Positions 38,969 through 49,253 are shown, numbered from the stretch's first letter. The stretch is DNA of 64,000 nucleotides from Clostridia bacterium (GCA_045643205.1 JAZUKI010000007.1:32001-96000); one strand, 5' to 3'. Numbers and translations: made by a program. The notes: a model not told the origin generated them from the letters alone.

Positions 38969-41662
38969 TTACATTTTTGCTAATCTGATTTTAATATCAT
39001 TTAACATTTGTGTGTATTTTTCTAATTTTTCTTTTTCTTCATTTACTTTTTCAGCTGGTGCTTTAGCTAAAAATCCTTGATTGTTTAGAATTCCTTGGCT
39101 ACGTTTTACTTCGCCTTCTAATTTTGCTAATTCTCCTTCAAGTCTCTTCTTTTCTTCTTCTACATCAACTAATTCATTAAATGGCATATATAAATTAATT
39201 TCATCTTCTGGTATTGAAACTGCATTTTCATCAATTCCTGTATTATCATTTTGAATTGCAACTTCATTACCAAATGCTAATTTACAAACAAAGCTTTCAG
39301 CTTCTTTTAGTTCGGTACCAAACTTACTTGTAACAAATATTAATTTTACTTTTTTGCTTGGATGAACATTCATGTTTGTTCTAATGTTTCTTACTTTAAC
39401 AATTATATCTTTCATTTTTTCAACGAAATCTATTTCATTCTTGTAATCGCTATCTATTGCTGTTGGCCAGCTTGAAAGCATTAGTTCTCCATCTTTTTCT
39501 GTTTTTATATGATTATAAATTTCTGTAGTAACAAATGGCATAAATGGATGTAATAATTTTAATAATGTTCTTAATGCGTATTGTAATGTAATTGAAGTTG
39601 CAACTTTTGCTTCTTCATCTTCTCCATTTAATCTTGTTTTGCTCATTTCAATAAACCAGTCACAGAATTCATCCCAAATAAATGAATATAAATTATCTAC
39701 TGCAATTCCTAAATCGTATTTATCAATATTGGTTGAAATTTCTTCGATTAATTTATTTAACTTTCCAATCATCCATTTATCTTCAATTGTTAAGTTTGCT
39801 TTTTCAAAAACAGTGTTCCAATCAATTCCGTTTTCTGTTGAATTTTCTTCAATTAATGAATTGTCTATGTTTTCACATGACATGATAACATATTTTGCAG
39901 CATTCCAAATTTTGTTTGCAAAATTTGATGCTTGATCTAGTTTTTCAGGCATATACTTAATATCATTTCCCATTGTTGTTCCTGATAATAATGAGAATCT
40001 TAAAGCATCTGCTCCATATTGTTCAACTATATCTAATGGATCAATTCCATTTCCTAATGATTTTGACATCTTTCTTCCTTGGCTATCACGTACTAAACCA
40101 TGAATAACGATATCGCTGAATGGTTTTTCATCAACACATTCATATGCTGAGAATATCATTCTTGATACCCAGAAAGTAATAATATCATATCCTGTAACTA
40201 AAGCGTTTGTTGGATAAAATCTCTTTAAGTCTTCTGCATCTTTGTTTGGCCAACCTAATGTTGAAAATGGCCATAATGCTGAACTGAACCATGTATCAAG
40301 TGTATCTTCGTCTTGATGTATATGTTCACTTCCACATTTATCGCATTTTGCAGGTGCTTCTTTAGCAACTATTATATTATCGCAATCTTCACAATAATAT
40401 GCTGGAATTCTATGTCCCCACCATAATTGTCTTGAGATACACCAATCTCTAATGTTGTACATCCAATTGAAGTATGTTTTTTCATACTTTTTAGGAACAA
40501 ATTTAACATCGCCATTTTCTACTGCTTTAATTGCTGGCTCTGCCAACTTTTTCATAGCAACAAACCATTGATCAGAAATTCTTGGTTCAATAATATTGTG
40601 GCATCTGTAGCAAGTTCCTACATCATGTGTATAATCTTCTATTGAAACTAAGCTTCCAATTTCTTTTAACTTTTCTACAATTGGTTCTCTTGCTTCTATT
40701 GATGTCATTCCTTCATATTCAGGAACAATATCGTTCATGATTGAACTATCATCAAATACTTCAATAACTTCTAAGTTGTGTCTCATTCCTGCTTCATAAT
40801 CATTAGGATCATGTGCTGGAGTTATTTTAACGCAACCTGTACCAAATTCCATATCTACAAATTCATCAGCTATAATTGGAATCTCACGATTAACTATAGG
40901 TAATATACATTTTCTTCCGATGATATTTGTATATCTTGTATCTTTTGGATTAACTGCAACTGCTGTATCTCCAAGCATTGTTTCTGGACGAGTTGTAGCA
41001 ACTTCTACATAATCAGGTATTCCCTTTTCTGTATCATCTTTAACAATTTTATATCTTAGATGCCATAAGTGTGATGGTTGAGAAATATATTCAACCTCTG
41101 CATCTGAAATTGTTGTATGACAATTAGGACACCAGTTAATCATTCTTTTGCCTTTATAAATTAAACCTTTATTGTAAAGATTTATAAAGAACTCTAAAAC
41201 TGCATTTGATAAACCTTCATCTAAAGTAAATCTATTTCTTTCCCAATCGCAAGAACATCCAATTTTTCTTTGTTGTTCTTGAATTGTTCCACCATATAAA
41301 TGTGTCCAATCCCAAGCTTCTTTTAAGAAACCTTCTCTTCCTAGGTCATCCTTTGTTTTGCCTTCTTTTTTAATTTTATCAACTACTTTTACTTCTGTTG
41401 CAATAGCGGCGTGGTCTGTTCCTGGAAGCCATAAAGTATTATATCCTTGCATTCTCTTTGTTCTTATTAAAGCATCTTGGATAGCCCCATCAAGAGCATG
41501 TCCCATGTGTAATTTTCCTGTTACGTTTGGAGGTGGCATCACAATTGAATATGATTTTGCTCCCTCTTTATTTCCTGCTTTAAAGCAACCGCTTTCTTCC
41601 CATTGTTTATATAAATCTGCTTCGAAATCCTTTGGATTAAATTTATTTTCTATATTTTTCAT
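38969..41662 (-). CDS. valS: Valine--tRNA ligase
   Basis: PPPNVTGKLHMGH, TTRPETMLGD, DWCISRQLWWGH, KMSKS, C-terminal coiled coil. Confidence 0.98.
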   Translation of the reverse strand: MKNIENKFNPKDFEADLYKQWEESGCFKAGNKEGAKSYSIVMPPPNVTGKLHMGHALDGAIQDALIRTKRMQGYNTLWLPGTDHAAIATEVKVVDKIKKEGKTKDDLGREGFLKEAWDWTHLYGGTIQEQQRKIGCSCDWERNRFTLDEGLSNAVLEFFINLYNKGLIYKGKRMINWCPNCHTTISDAEVEYISQPSHLWHLRYKIVKDDTEKGIPDYVEVATTRPETMLGDTAVAVNPKDTRYTNIIGRKCILPIVNREIPIIADEFVDMEFGTGCVKITPAHDPNDYEAGMRHNLEVIEVFDDSSIMNDIVPEYEGMTSIEAREPIVEKLKEIGSLVSIEDYTHDVGTCYRCHNIIEPRISDQWFVAMKKLAEPAIKAVENGDVKFVPKKYEKTYFNWMYNIRDWCISRQLWWGHRIPAYYCEDCDNIIVAKEAPAKCDKCGSEHIHQDEDTLDTWFSSALWPFSTLGWPNKDAEDLKRFYPTNALVTGYDIITFWVSRMIFSAYECVDEKPFSDIVIHGLVRDSQGRKMSKSLGNGIDPLDIVEQYGADALRFSLLSGTTMGNDIKYMPEKLDQASNFANKIWNAAKYVIMSCENIDNSLIEENSTENGIDWNTVFEKANLTIEDKWMIGKLNKLIEEISTNIDKYDLGIAVDNLYSFIWDEFCDWFIEMSKTRLNGEDEEAKVATSITLQYALRTLLKLLHPFMPFVTTEIYNHIKTEKDGELMLSSWPTAIDSDYKNEIDFVEKMKDIIVKVRNIRTNMNVHPSKKVKLIFVTSKFGTELKEAESFVCKLAFGNEVAIQNDNTGIDENAVSIPEDEINLYMPFNELVDVEEEKKRLEGELAKLEGEVKRSQGILNNQGFLAKAPAEKVNEEKEKLEKYTQMLNDIKIRLAKM

Positions 41663-41730
41663 AATTATTATTCTTTAAAAAGTTTTTTCCTAAGTGCTGC
41701 TTGCTTAAAAACTCCTTATTTCACTCCTCT

Positions 41731-41910
41731 CTATTTTACAAATATTATAAATAGCAGCAAGCTTGCCACGCAGACGAGTGTTCCAATAATTTTAATAACC
41801 AAAGTTGATTTGTTTTGGTCTTGTGCTGTAAAGTATTTTTTTGTCAATGTTCTAGACGAAAAAATTAATTGAACGCCTACTGTCATCATAATAATAAAAA
41901 TAAGACTCAT
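41731..41910 (-). CDS. Small two-TM membrane protein (59 aa), not in the ORF track
   Basis: Manual translation MSLIFIIMMTVGVQLIFSSRTLTKKYFTAQDQNKSTLVIKIIGTLVCVASLLLFIIFVK*; GGAAGGAG SD. Confidence 0.75.
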   Translation of the reverse strand: MSLIFIIMMTVGVQLIFSSRTLTKKYFTAQDQNKSTLVIKIIGTLVCVASLLLFIIFVK

Positions 41911-42079
41911 GATAATAACTCCTTCCTTTAAAGTATGTTCTAATTATACTATGTTATCTTTTAAAAAACAAGAAAAAGTATTGATTTATAAGCTTTTAAA
42001 GCAAAAAATCAATACGTAATTTAACTTGATTTTTCCACAAAAAAAGCTTTGCTTAGAAGCAAAGCTTTTCATTATTTTT

Positions 42080-42559
42080 TTATTTTTTAATTGCTAAAAT
42101 TTTAAATTTAGCAACAGCTCCATTTGGAAGTTTTGCTTCTACTGTTTGGTTTTTCTTAGCACCAATTAAAGCACTTCCAATAGGTGATTCGTTTGAAATT
42201 TTGTTTTCTGCAATGTTTACTTCTGTTGAACCTACGATTGTATATACAACATCTTCATTCATGTCTTCATCATGAACTTTAACTGAATTTCCTACTTGAA
42301 CTGTTTTTGTATCAATTTCTGATTCGTCAATAATTTTAGCATGTCTTAATTTATTTTCTAATTCAATAATTTTATTTTCGTTAATTTCTTGAGCTGACTT
42401 TGCTTCATCATATTCTGAATTTTCTGATAAGTCACCATAGCTTAAAGCTATTTTAATTCTTTCAGCAATAGCGCTTCTTTCAGTTGTTTTTAAATTTTCT
42501 AATTCTGCCTCTAATTTATCATATCCTTCTTGTGATAAAATTACTTCTTGTTCGTCCAT
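42080..42559 (-). CDS. greA: Transcription elongation factor GreA
   Basis: GDLSENSEYDEAK, ISNESPIGSAL. Confidence 0.97.
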   Translation of the reverse strand: MDEQEVILSQEGYDKLEAELENLKTTERSAIAERIKIALSYGDLSENSEYDEAKSAQEINENKIIELENKLRHAKIIDESEIDTKTVQVGNSVKVHDEDMNEDVVYTIVGSTEVNIAENKISNESPIGSALIGAKKNQTVEAKLPNGAVAKFKILAIKK

Positions 42560-42687
42560 AGTTGTACCTCCTTCATTATTTATGAATGTAATAGATATAT
42601 TTAAATGAACAACTTAAAAATCTACGTACGTGAAACATTTTAGTATTTTTTGTCCGCCTTGTCAAGAAATTTCATTTATTTTTATAT

Positions 42688-44385
42688 CTATTTATTCTGT
42701 TTTATTGGACTTATTTTTTGATTTACCATTGTCCAAATTGATGAACTTTCTCTGCCTGACTCCCAGAATGCAACACCTGCTAAATCATATTTAATAGCTA
42801 TATCTAACTTATTTGAAAGTGAATCTGTGTCTTCAAGCCACATTTTATATGTATATTCATCCTTTTGATATTCAATGTAATTTTGTTTTTTATTTGAATC
42901 CCATTGTTTTTCTACACCTTCTGGAATGATTATGCTGTTCATATTAACCGTTTCTGAACCTACTAGTTTACCGTCTTTTTCTTTCCATAATTTTGCATAG
43001 AATGGCATTGCTAATATAATTTTATTTGCTGGGATTCCTTCTTGTCCTAAATATTTTTTAATATTTAATTCTACCCAATCTCCACCAGCTACTGTTCCTG
43101 TTGTTCCAGTATTTTCGTCGTATCCGTGGAAAATTATATAATCTGCTACTTTACCTATTGTATTTCTATCATAGCAAAGTGACCATGTATCTGATCCATC
43201 TGGTGCTAATGTTTCAACACTAATATTTTTTCCTAAATTGTGAATTCTTGGTGTTAATTCAATAATTAATCTTGAAAACTTGTCTCTATCGGCCTTATAC
43301 ATGTTTTCAAAATCAATATTAATTCCATCTACATTATCTTCTTCTATTTTTTTGATAATATCATCAATTAATTTTGCTCTACTATCAAAATTCTTTAGAA
43401 TTTCAGACATTTTGTCTATATTATTTAAATATGAATTTGATAGATTTGCCCAAATTTTAATTTTATGGTTATGAGCCCATTCTACATATTGTTTGCCATC
43501 TTCATTAACATTTTTAGAGATTGTTCCATCTGATCTTAAGTTATAGAATGATGGTGTTACAATATTGATTCCATCTGAAGTTGATGCTTTTCCATCAGAA
43601 CTTGTTAATGGGTTGTAGTAATCAAAAAGCATTGAAACCTTGCCTTCTATATTGTTATATTTTGCACTTTCTCTAACTACTGTTCTATATTTTACTGAAT
43701 TTTCAGGTACATATCCTAAATATCCATTTATAGTTCTTATTTTTGTCCAACCATTAAATGTGACATCTTTATCTGTTGCATTGTTTTGCACTATTGAAAC
43801 TTTTTCCCCATCTCTTACTGTTGTGACAGTTCTTGAAATTACTGTTGTTCCTGATTTTACATCTTGGTTTCCAGCAATTGTTGCTTCAACATATTTTCTG
43901 CTTAATGTGTCTAGTGCTATTGTTTTGTTTTCATCAGTATATAAATAATCTGCATTGTAAATATCGGAAATAAGCAATAATGGTAAATATACTTTATCGC
44001 CTTCTTTGATAACTTTTTTATCTATTTTTTGTTTTTTGCCATTTATATACATTTCATCTGAATCAATTGGAATCTTCGCTGTTTTAGTATTTGATGTACA
44101 AATTATATTTCCATCTTCTTCTATTATATATTCATCTAAAAAGTTTCTAATATCTTTTATTTCCATGTAAAATTCATTATCCACAGAAATTATTGAACTT
44201 TTTAAATCACCTGTTATGTTATTATTATTTACCATTAAATTGGTTCCAGCAATTGTTTGATTTACAAAGTTTGGTGTATACATTAATAATACAATTACAA
44301 CAGCTAAATATCCCATTGTAATTAGTATTCTCTTAATTGCATGCCCCACTCTTTTTTTGCTGATTTTTGTATAAACTGCATCCAT
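42688..44385 (-). CDS. Membrane-anchored GH18 glycoside hydrolase with copper-amine-oxidase-N-like and SH3-like domains
   Basis: TM anchor; VYLPL motif; WTKIRT..GYLGYV; DGINIDFE catalytic motif; LAGVAFW. Confidence 0.87.
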   Translation of the reverse strand: MDAVYTKISKKRVGHAIKRILITMGYLAVVIVLLMYTPNFVNQTIAGTNLMVNNNNITGDLKSSIISVDNEFYMEIKDIRNFLDEYIIEEDGNIICTSNTKTAKIPIDSDEMYINGKKQKIDKKVIKEGDKVYLPLLLISDIYNADYLYTDENKTIALDTLSRKYVEATIAGNQDVKSGTTVISRTVTTVRDGEKVSIVQNNATDKDVTFNGWTKIRTINGYLGYVPENSVKYRTVVRESAKYNNIEGKVSMLFDYYNPLTSSDGKASTSDGINIVTPSFYNLRSDGTISKNVNEDGKQYVEWAHNHKIKIWANLSNSYLNNIDKMSEILKNFDSRAKLIDDIIKKIEEDNVDGINIDFENMYKADRDKFSRLIIELTPRIHNLGKNISVETLAPDGSDTWSLCYDRNTIGKVADYIIFHGYDENTGTTGTVAGGDWVELNIKKYLGQEGIPANKIILAMPFYAKLWKEKDGKLVGSETVNMNSIIIPEGVEKQWDSNKKQNYIEYQKDEYTYKMWLEDTDSLSNKLDIAIKYDLAGVAFWESGRESSSIWTMVNQKISPIKQNK

Positions 44386-44532
44386 TAAATAAATTTCTCC
44401 TTATCAAAAAATATAATAGCATAAAAGTATTAATAAGTAAATTGTTAAAATTTTATATAAAAAGCAAAGAAAACATCTTAAAAAAGATGTTTTCTCATTA
44501 TTTCTTATATAAAAAATAATCTAAATAATAGA

Positions 44533-44730
44533 TTAAGCATTAACTGCTTTTGAAGAACGTAAGCATTTAGCGCATACATGCATCTTTTTATTTTCGCCAT
44601 TGATTTCCATTCTTACAGTTCTTAAATTTGGTTTCCATGTTCTTGAAGCTCTTCTAGAAACATGAGAACGTGCAATACTTATTCTATTTCCACTTGCTAT
44701 TGCTTTTCCGCAAACATCACATTTTGCCAT
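44533..44730 (-). CDS. rpmB: 50S ribosomal protein L28
   Basis: MAKCDVCGK...RTWKPNL...VCAKCLRS. Confidence 0.96.
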   Translation of the reverse strand: MAKCDVCGKAIASGNRISIARSHVSRRASRTWKPNLRTVRMEINGENKKMHVCAKCLRSSKAVNA

Positions 44731-44822
44731 TTTCTATGCACCTCCCTGCTTTTTTTACATGCTAGCCATATAATATTAACATAAAAGCATAATAAAATCA
44801 AGCAATTTATATAGTTTTTTTC

Positions 44823-44858
44823 AAAAATTTGGAGCCCCTATCAAAAGATAGAGACTCC
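44823..44858 (-). terminator. Terminator of the beta-CASP gene
   Basis: GGAGTCTCTATC-TTTT-GATAGGGGCTCC (with G:U pairs) followed by AAATTTTT. Confidence 0.7.
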
Positions 44859-44888
44859 GTTAGGTACTTTCCTATTTAAGAAAATACC

Positions 44889-46416
44889 ACCACCACTGAC
44901 ACATTAAAAAAGATTACATTGTTCCTGATACTTCTATCTTTGCATCTCTAGAACTTACTCTTAAAGGATTTGTCGAAACCATATGCATTTATCCGAACAG
45001 CATTTTCACGATCAAGTATGAAGATATCTTTTGGTGATATTTCTCTTTTAACATCGCGTCCAAACTGCTCTTTGGTTTCTGCTTCGCCGTGATTGATTAT
45101 TAATAACTTTATCTGACTAAATTTAGACAAATAGTCAATTAAATCATTTTCACGGATATGGCCAGAAAATTCATCTGTATATTCTACAGTAGCTTCCTTC
45201 CTAACCATTCTGCCATTAAGATAAACATCAGTCCCATTTTCCACTTCTTTTAATCTATCTCCTACAGTACCTTCAGTACAATATCCGCTAAAGTGAATTA
45301 AAGCATCTTTCTCTTTAACGTAGTGCTGAATATAGGATGAAGCTATTCCATGTGTTCCCATTCCTGAACTGCAAAGAATAATTTTAGGTTCTTGCGAATC
45401 TTTTATTGCTCTCCGCTTTGTTTTTATGTTCCCATCAATAAAATGGAAATTTTCAGGAAGAAACTCTACCATAGATGACTTTATACTCAAGCTTCCATTT
45501 AAAAACATCTTTGTGTAAGCTATTGCGAGTTTGCCATCCAGATAAATTGGAATCCTAGGATCTAATAGTTTTTCTTTTTGCATCTCCTTCAGAGTATACA
45601 AAACTTCCTGCACTCTGCCTAAACTGAATACAGGTATTATTACATTGCCACCTTTGTTTATCGCTCTAGCTACATTTCGCTTAAATACAGGCTGTCCTAA
45701 TGTTTTCGTATCACCATATGTACTCTCTGTTATAAGAGTTACAGGTAATTCTCGAATCCATTTTGGAACACTAGTGTCTTCCAAAAACAAATTGTTTTCT
45801 TTTAAATCACCAGTAAAGAAAATATTGATATTTTCAAAACCTTCATAGCTAATTTGTACTAAATAAGAAACGGCCCCAATAAGGTGGTTGTTTTGGATTG
45901 CAGTAACAGTTACATTTTCATGCGGCTGAAACTGTTCGCCCATGGTTATAGGCTGAAGATGGCTGATGACATTACAAATCTCACTTTCTCCATAAATTGG
46001 TTTTTCATTTTTTCCTTCTGCTGCACTCTCTAGTATTCTACCACAATCTTCTAAAGCAAGCGGTAAAAGTTTGCAAGTATCCTGTGATGCATAATACTTC
46101 CCAGGATAACCTTTTTTTGCAAGCAATGGCAATCGTCCTGTATGATCAACATGATTATGTGTGACCAGAACAAAAGCTAAATCGTCTGCATAAAATGGTA
46201 AAGTTTTATTAAGTTCCTGATACTTTTTTTCATGGTACAATCCACAATCAACCAGAAACTTAAACTTTTCTCCATTTGGTAATCTTACAACACAAAAAAT
46301 GCAACTTCCAGTAACTTCAGGATGTAAGGCCATAATGTCACAATATAAACAACCATTTTTTTGATTATACCTACCCATATATTCCCTTCTCCTTTCATGT
46401 ATGTGTCAGCGGTGGT
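44889..46416. repeat. 16-bp inverted repeat pair bracketing the beta-CASP gene (44889-44904 and 46401-46416)
   Basis: accaccactgacacat versus the reverse complement of atgtgtcagcggtggt; 15/16 identical. Confidence 0.9.
44948..46378 (-). CDS. Metallo-beta-lactamase/beta-CASP nuclease (CPSF73/YSH1-like)
   Basis: VTGSC, LVDCG, THNHVDH, NHLIGA, TGD, ESTYG, FSLGR, FSGH, NHGE. Confidence 0.92.
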   Translation of the reverse strand: MGRYNQKNGCLYCDIMALHPEVTGSCIFCVVRLPNGEKFKFLVDCGLYHEKKYQELNKTLPFYADDLAFVLVTHNHVDHTGRLPLLAKKGYPGKYYASQDTCKLLPLALEDCGRILESAAEGKNEKPIYGESEICNVISHLQPITMGEQFQPHENVTVTAIQNNHLIGAVSYLVQISYEGFENINIFFTGDLKENNLFLEDTSVPKWIRELPVTLITESTYGDTKTLGQPVFKRNVARAINKGGNVIIPVFSLGRVQEVLYTLKEMQKEKLLDPRIPIYLDGKLAIAYTKMFLNGSLSIKSSMVEFLPENFHFIDGNIKTKRRAIKDSQEPKIILCSSGMGTHGIASSYIQHYVKEKDALIHFSGYCTEGTVGDRLKEVENGTDVYLNGRMVRKEATVEYTDEFSGHIRENDLIDYLSKFSQIKLLIINHGEAETKEQFGRDVKREISPKDIFILDRENAVRINAYGFDKSFKSKF

Positions 46417-46457
46417 ATATCAAAAAACGTAATTAGCATCAATGCTAATTGTATGTA

Positions 46458-46486
46458 AGTATACCATGAAAAGCCCGTATGCACAA
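46458..46486 (-). promoter_or_regulatory. Promoter of the beta-CASP gene, overlapping the upstream terminator
   Basis: TTGTGC-N17-TATACT with an extended -10 TG; the -35 lies in the loop of the 46469-46500 hairpin. Confidence 0.6.
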
Positions 46487-46500
46487 TACATACGGGCTTT
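46469..46500 (-). terminator. Terminator after the flavin reductase gene
   Basis: AAAGCCCGTATG/CATACGGGCTTT stem. Confidence 0.75.
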
Positions 46501-46505
46501 ATTTA

Positions 46506-47126
46506 TTATCTTTTGCTTGATTTATTTGGCTTTACAAAATTTCGTGTGCTGTATCTCTTTGCTGTCTTCTTTTTCATGACTGAATATCCAAATTTTCCAA
46601 GTTTTTTACCTAATGCAAAGTAACCTCCATTTGCATAAGCCATTAAATGACATTTTTCTATATCAAAACTTCCTTTATCATCTACATATTTCTCATCTAC
46701 ATCAATTGATAAAACTCTAGCTATAAACATAGTATGTGTTCCTAGATTCTTTGTTTCTTCTACTCTACATTCTATTGATACTGGACTTTCTTTTATTATA
46801 GGACATTTTACAAAGTTTGCTTTTTCTTTTGTTAATCCTGTTTCTTTAAATTTATCAATTTCTTTTCCAGATTTAACTCCACAAAAATCAGTTTCATATG
46901 TTAAATCTTCTGTTGTTAAATTGATAACAAATTCTTTTGTTTCATTAATCATTGAATATGAATATCTCTCTGGTCTTACTGAAATATAAACCATTGCAGG
47001 ATTTGTATTTAGTATTCCTGTCCAGGCAACTGTAAAAACATTTGCTTTTTCATATGTTCCTGTTGTAACTAATACTGCTGGAATTGGATATTCAAATGTT
47101 CCTGGTTTCCATACTACTCTTCCCAT
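46506..47126 (-). CDS. Flavin reductase-like FMN-binding protein
   Basis: PIPAVLVT, FTVAWTG, ISVRPERYS, CGVKSG, IKESPVSIEC, GTHTMF. Confidence 0.9.
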   Translation of the reverse strand: MGRVVWKPGTFEYPIPAVLVTTGTYEKANVFTVAWTGILNTNPAMVYISVRPERYSYSMINETKEFVINLTTEDLTYETDFCGVKSGKEIDKFKETGLTKEKANFVKCPIIKESPVSIECRVEETKNLGTHTMFIARVLSIDVDEKYVDDKGSFDIEKCHLMAYANGGYFALGKKLGKFGYSVMKKKTAKRYSTRNFVKPNKSSKR

Positions 47127-47129
47127 TTT

Positions 47130-49253
47130 TTATTCTCCTATCTTTAGATAAATATTTTTTACTTTTTTTACAACTGCTTCTGATCCACCTAATTCTTTAA
47201 CATTTTCTTGCATTGCTATTATTAAGTTTCCATTTTCATCAAATGAATCAAACCAGCCAATTTCGTTGCCATCTTTATCTTCTTGACTTGCTTTTACTTC
47301 AGCTGTTCCTGTCTTTCCTGCAATTGTTTTTCCTTCTATTTTGCAAGATGTTGCTGTTCCCTTTTCTACAACTTGAACTAAATCTTGCTTTATTATTTCT
47401 GCAATTTCATTTTTAAAGATGTTCTCTTTATAGGTTTCACTTTTGCCATTTGAAAATTCAATATATGGTTTTATCATTGTTCCATTATTAGCAAATGCTG
47501 AATAAATTGATGCCATATGAATTGGATTTACTAACATTTGTGCTTGTCCGTATCCGCTATTTGCAAGGTCTGCATCTGTTGTTATTTCACCATATGAAGA
47601 TTTAGTTGTATCTTGTGCAAAATCAATTGCTTCATTGAAGCCTATTTTATCTAACCAATTTTTAAAATTTTCTTTTTCAATTTTTAGTGCTGCTTTTGCA
47701 AAATAGATATTGTCTGAATTTATTAATGCATTTTCTAAATTAGATTTTCCTGAATATGTATGAAGTGTTGTTATATAAAATTCTTTCCATGATGAATCTA
47801 ATTGCCATCTATTCATACTTTTTCCAAAATCATCATCTTGTGAAAACGAATTACTCATCAATCCAATTGCACCTACTATCGGCTTTATTGATGATCCTGG
47901 TGCAAATGTTGCTAAATATCTATTAAACATTGGATTAGTTTTATCTTCTGATATCTTTTTCCAATCTTCATTTGATATTCCTAAACTAAATATATTGGCA
48001 TCATATGATGGTGTGCTAACTGCTGATAAAATTTCTCCTGTTTTATAATTCATATAAATTACACATCCTTGTGCATTTTTGTATTCATCATAAATTTTTT
48101 GTTGCATTTCAACATCAATTGTTAGCTTTACGTCTTGTCCTTTAACTTCGCTCTTTCTAGCTATAGTTTCTATGTTTCTTCCATCTTGATCAATATATAT
48201 TTCTAGACCTTTTTGTCCTTGTAGTTTTTCATTTAGTGCTAATTCTAATCCTGCTTTTCCTTCTCCATTTTGAACATAACCAATTAAAATTGAGGTTGCT
48301 TCTTTATATGGATAATATCTTATGCTTTTTTCATTTAGCATTATTCCTGAAATTTGCAAAAGTTTTTCTTTTAAATCGATTTCTTCTCTTGATATTGTTT
48401 TCAATCTTACAAAACTATTGTCTGTTACATAGTCTTTACTCAATTCTTCATTTATATAATCTGTAGATGTCTTTAATAAATTTGAAATTATATTTATGTT
48501 TGACTTGTTAAATTTTTCAGGAACAATTCCTACATCGTACGCTGTACTATTTTTGGCTATATATTTATCATTTCTATCTTTTATTTCACCCCTCATTGAA
48601 GAAAGAGTTTTTACACGAATTTTTCTATTACTATTTAATGATGGATAAATTAAACTTTCATCCCATACTAATTTATTATCAGATGTTATATCTACTGTTT
48701 TTTGAAAACTAATATTTCCAGCTGGAGTTTCCATGCTCATTTTGAAAGTTACTGAATTATTATTGTTAGATGCTGTGTTATTTGTTTCTTCAGTATTATT
48801 ACTTTCATTCGCTACGTTATTACTGATAATTACTGCACTAATTTTTGAAGCTTCTATTCCTTCATAAATATTTTTTAATCTTGATGTGAAATCTGCTTCG
48901 CTCATATCAGTTGAGCACATCGAATATGCTTTTGAGTAATCTTTGTCTGAAATTGCTTTATAATAATCTTTTACTAACTGAGCCCCTTCTGTATTATTTG
49001 TATAAATATAAGAACCTATAAAGAAACCGACTGCTAATATAATTAATGGAAGTACTATTCGCCAATTAATTCTGAAACCTTGAGTTTCTTCATCTTTTTG
49101 AGTTTTCTTTTTTCTTGTTTTTTGTGCTTGTTGGGTGGATGATCTTGATTGTTGAATAGATGCTTTTCTTTCTGCTTTTTGTCGTTCACGCTCTTTTGCT
49201 TTTTTAGCATTCAACTTTTCTAGTTGTTTTTTCATTTCTCTCTTAGAAGTCAT
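47130..49253 (-). CDS. Class B penicillin-binding protein (NTF2-like/MecA-N domain, dimerisation domain, transpeptidase)
   Basis: RGEIKDRN, RYYPY, GKAGLE, PGSSIK (SxxK), SDN, GYGQ, KTGTAE. Confidence 0.92.
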   Translation of the reverse strand: MTSKREMKKQLEKLNAKKAKERERQKAERKASIQQSRSSTQQAQKTRKKKTQKDEETQGFRINWRIVLPLIILAVGFFIGSYIYTNNTEGAQLVKDYYKAISDKDYSKAYSMCSTDMSEADFTSRLKNIYEGIEASKISAVIISNNVANESNNTEETNNTASNNNNSVTFKMSMETPAGNISFQKTVDITSDNKLVWDESLIYPSLNSNRKIRVKTLSSMRGEIKDRNDKYIAKNSTAYDVGIVPEKFNKSNINIISNLLKTSTDYINEELSKDYVTDNSFVRLKTISREEIDLKEKLLQISGIMLNEKSIRYYPYKEATSILIGYVQNGEGKAGLELALNEKLQGQKGLEIYIDQDGRNIETIARKSEVKGQDVKLTIDVEMQQKIYDEYKNAQGCVIYMNYKTGEILSAVSTPSYDANIFSLGISNEDWKKISEDKTNPMFNRYLATFAPGSSIKPIVGAIGLMSNSFSQDDDFGKSMNRWQLDSSWKEFYITTLHTYSGKSNLENALINSDNIYFAKAALKIEKENFKNWLDKIGFNEAIDFAQDTTKSSYGEITTDADLANSGYGQAQMLVNPIHMASIYSAFANNGTMIKPYIEFSNGKSETYKENIFKNEIAEIIKQDLVQVVEKGTATSCKIEGKTIAGKTGTAEVKASQEDKDGNEIGWFDSFDENGNLIIAMQENVKELGGSEAVVKKVKNIYLKIGE

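Noticed and set aside
44889-46416. Inverted repeats as IS/transposon ends or an invertible switch
   Set aside because: No transposase or recombinase nearby, no target-site duplication seen, the promoter and terminator lie outside the repeats, and the mismatch is a G:U pair on the transcript. Not fully excluded without read data.
47130-49253. mecA-type beta-lactam resistance gene
   Set aside because: The domain layout is shared with ordinary Firmicute class B PBPs, and there is no mobile or regulatory context.
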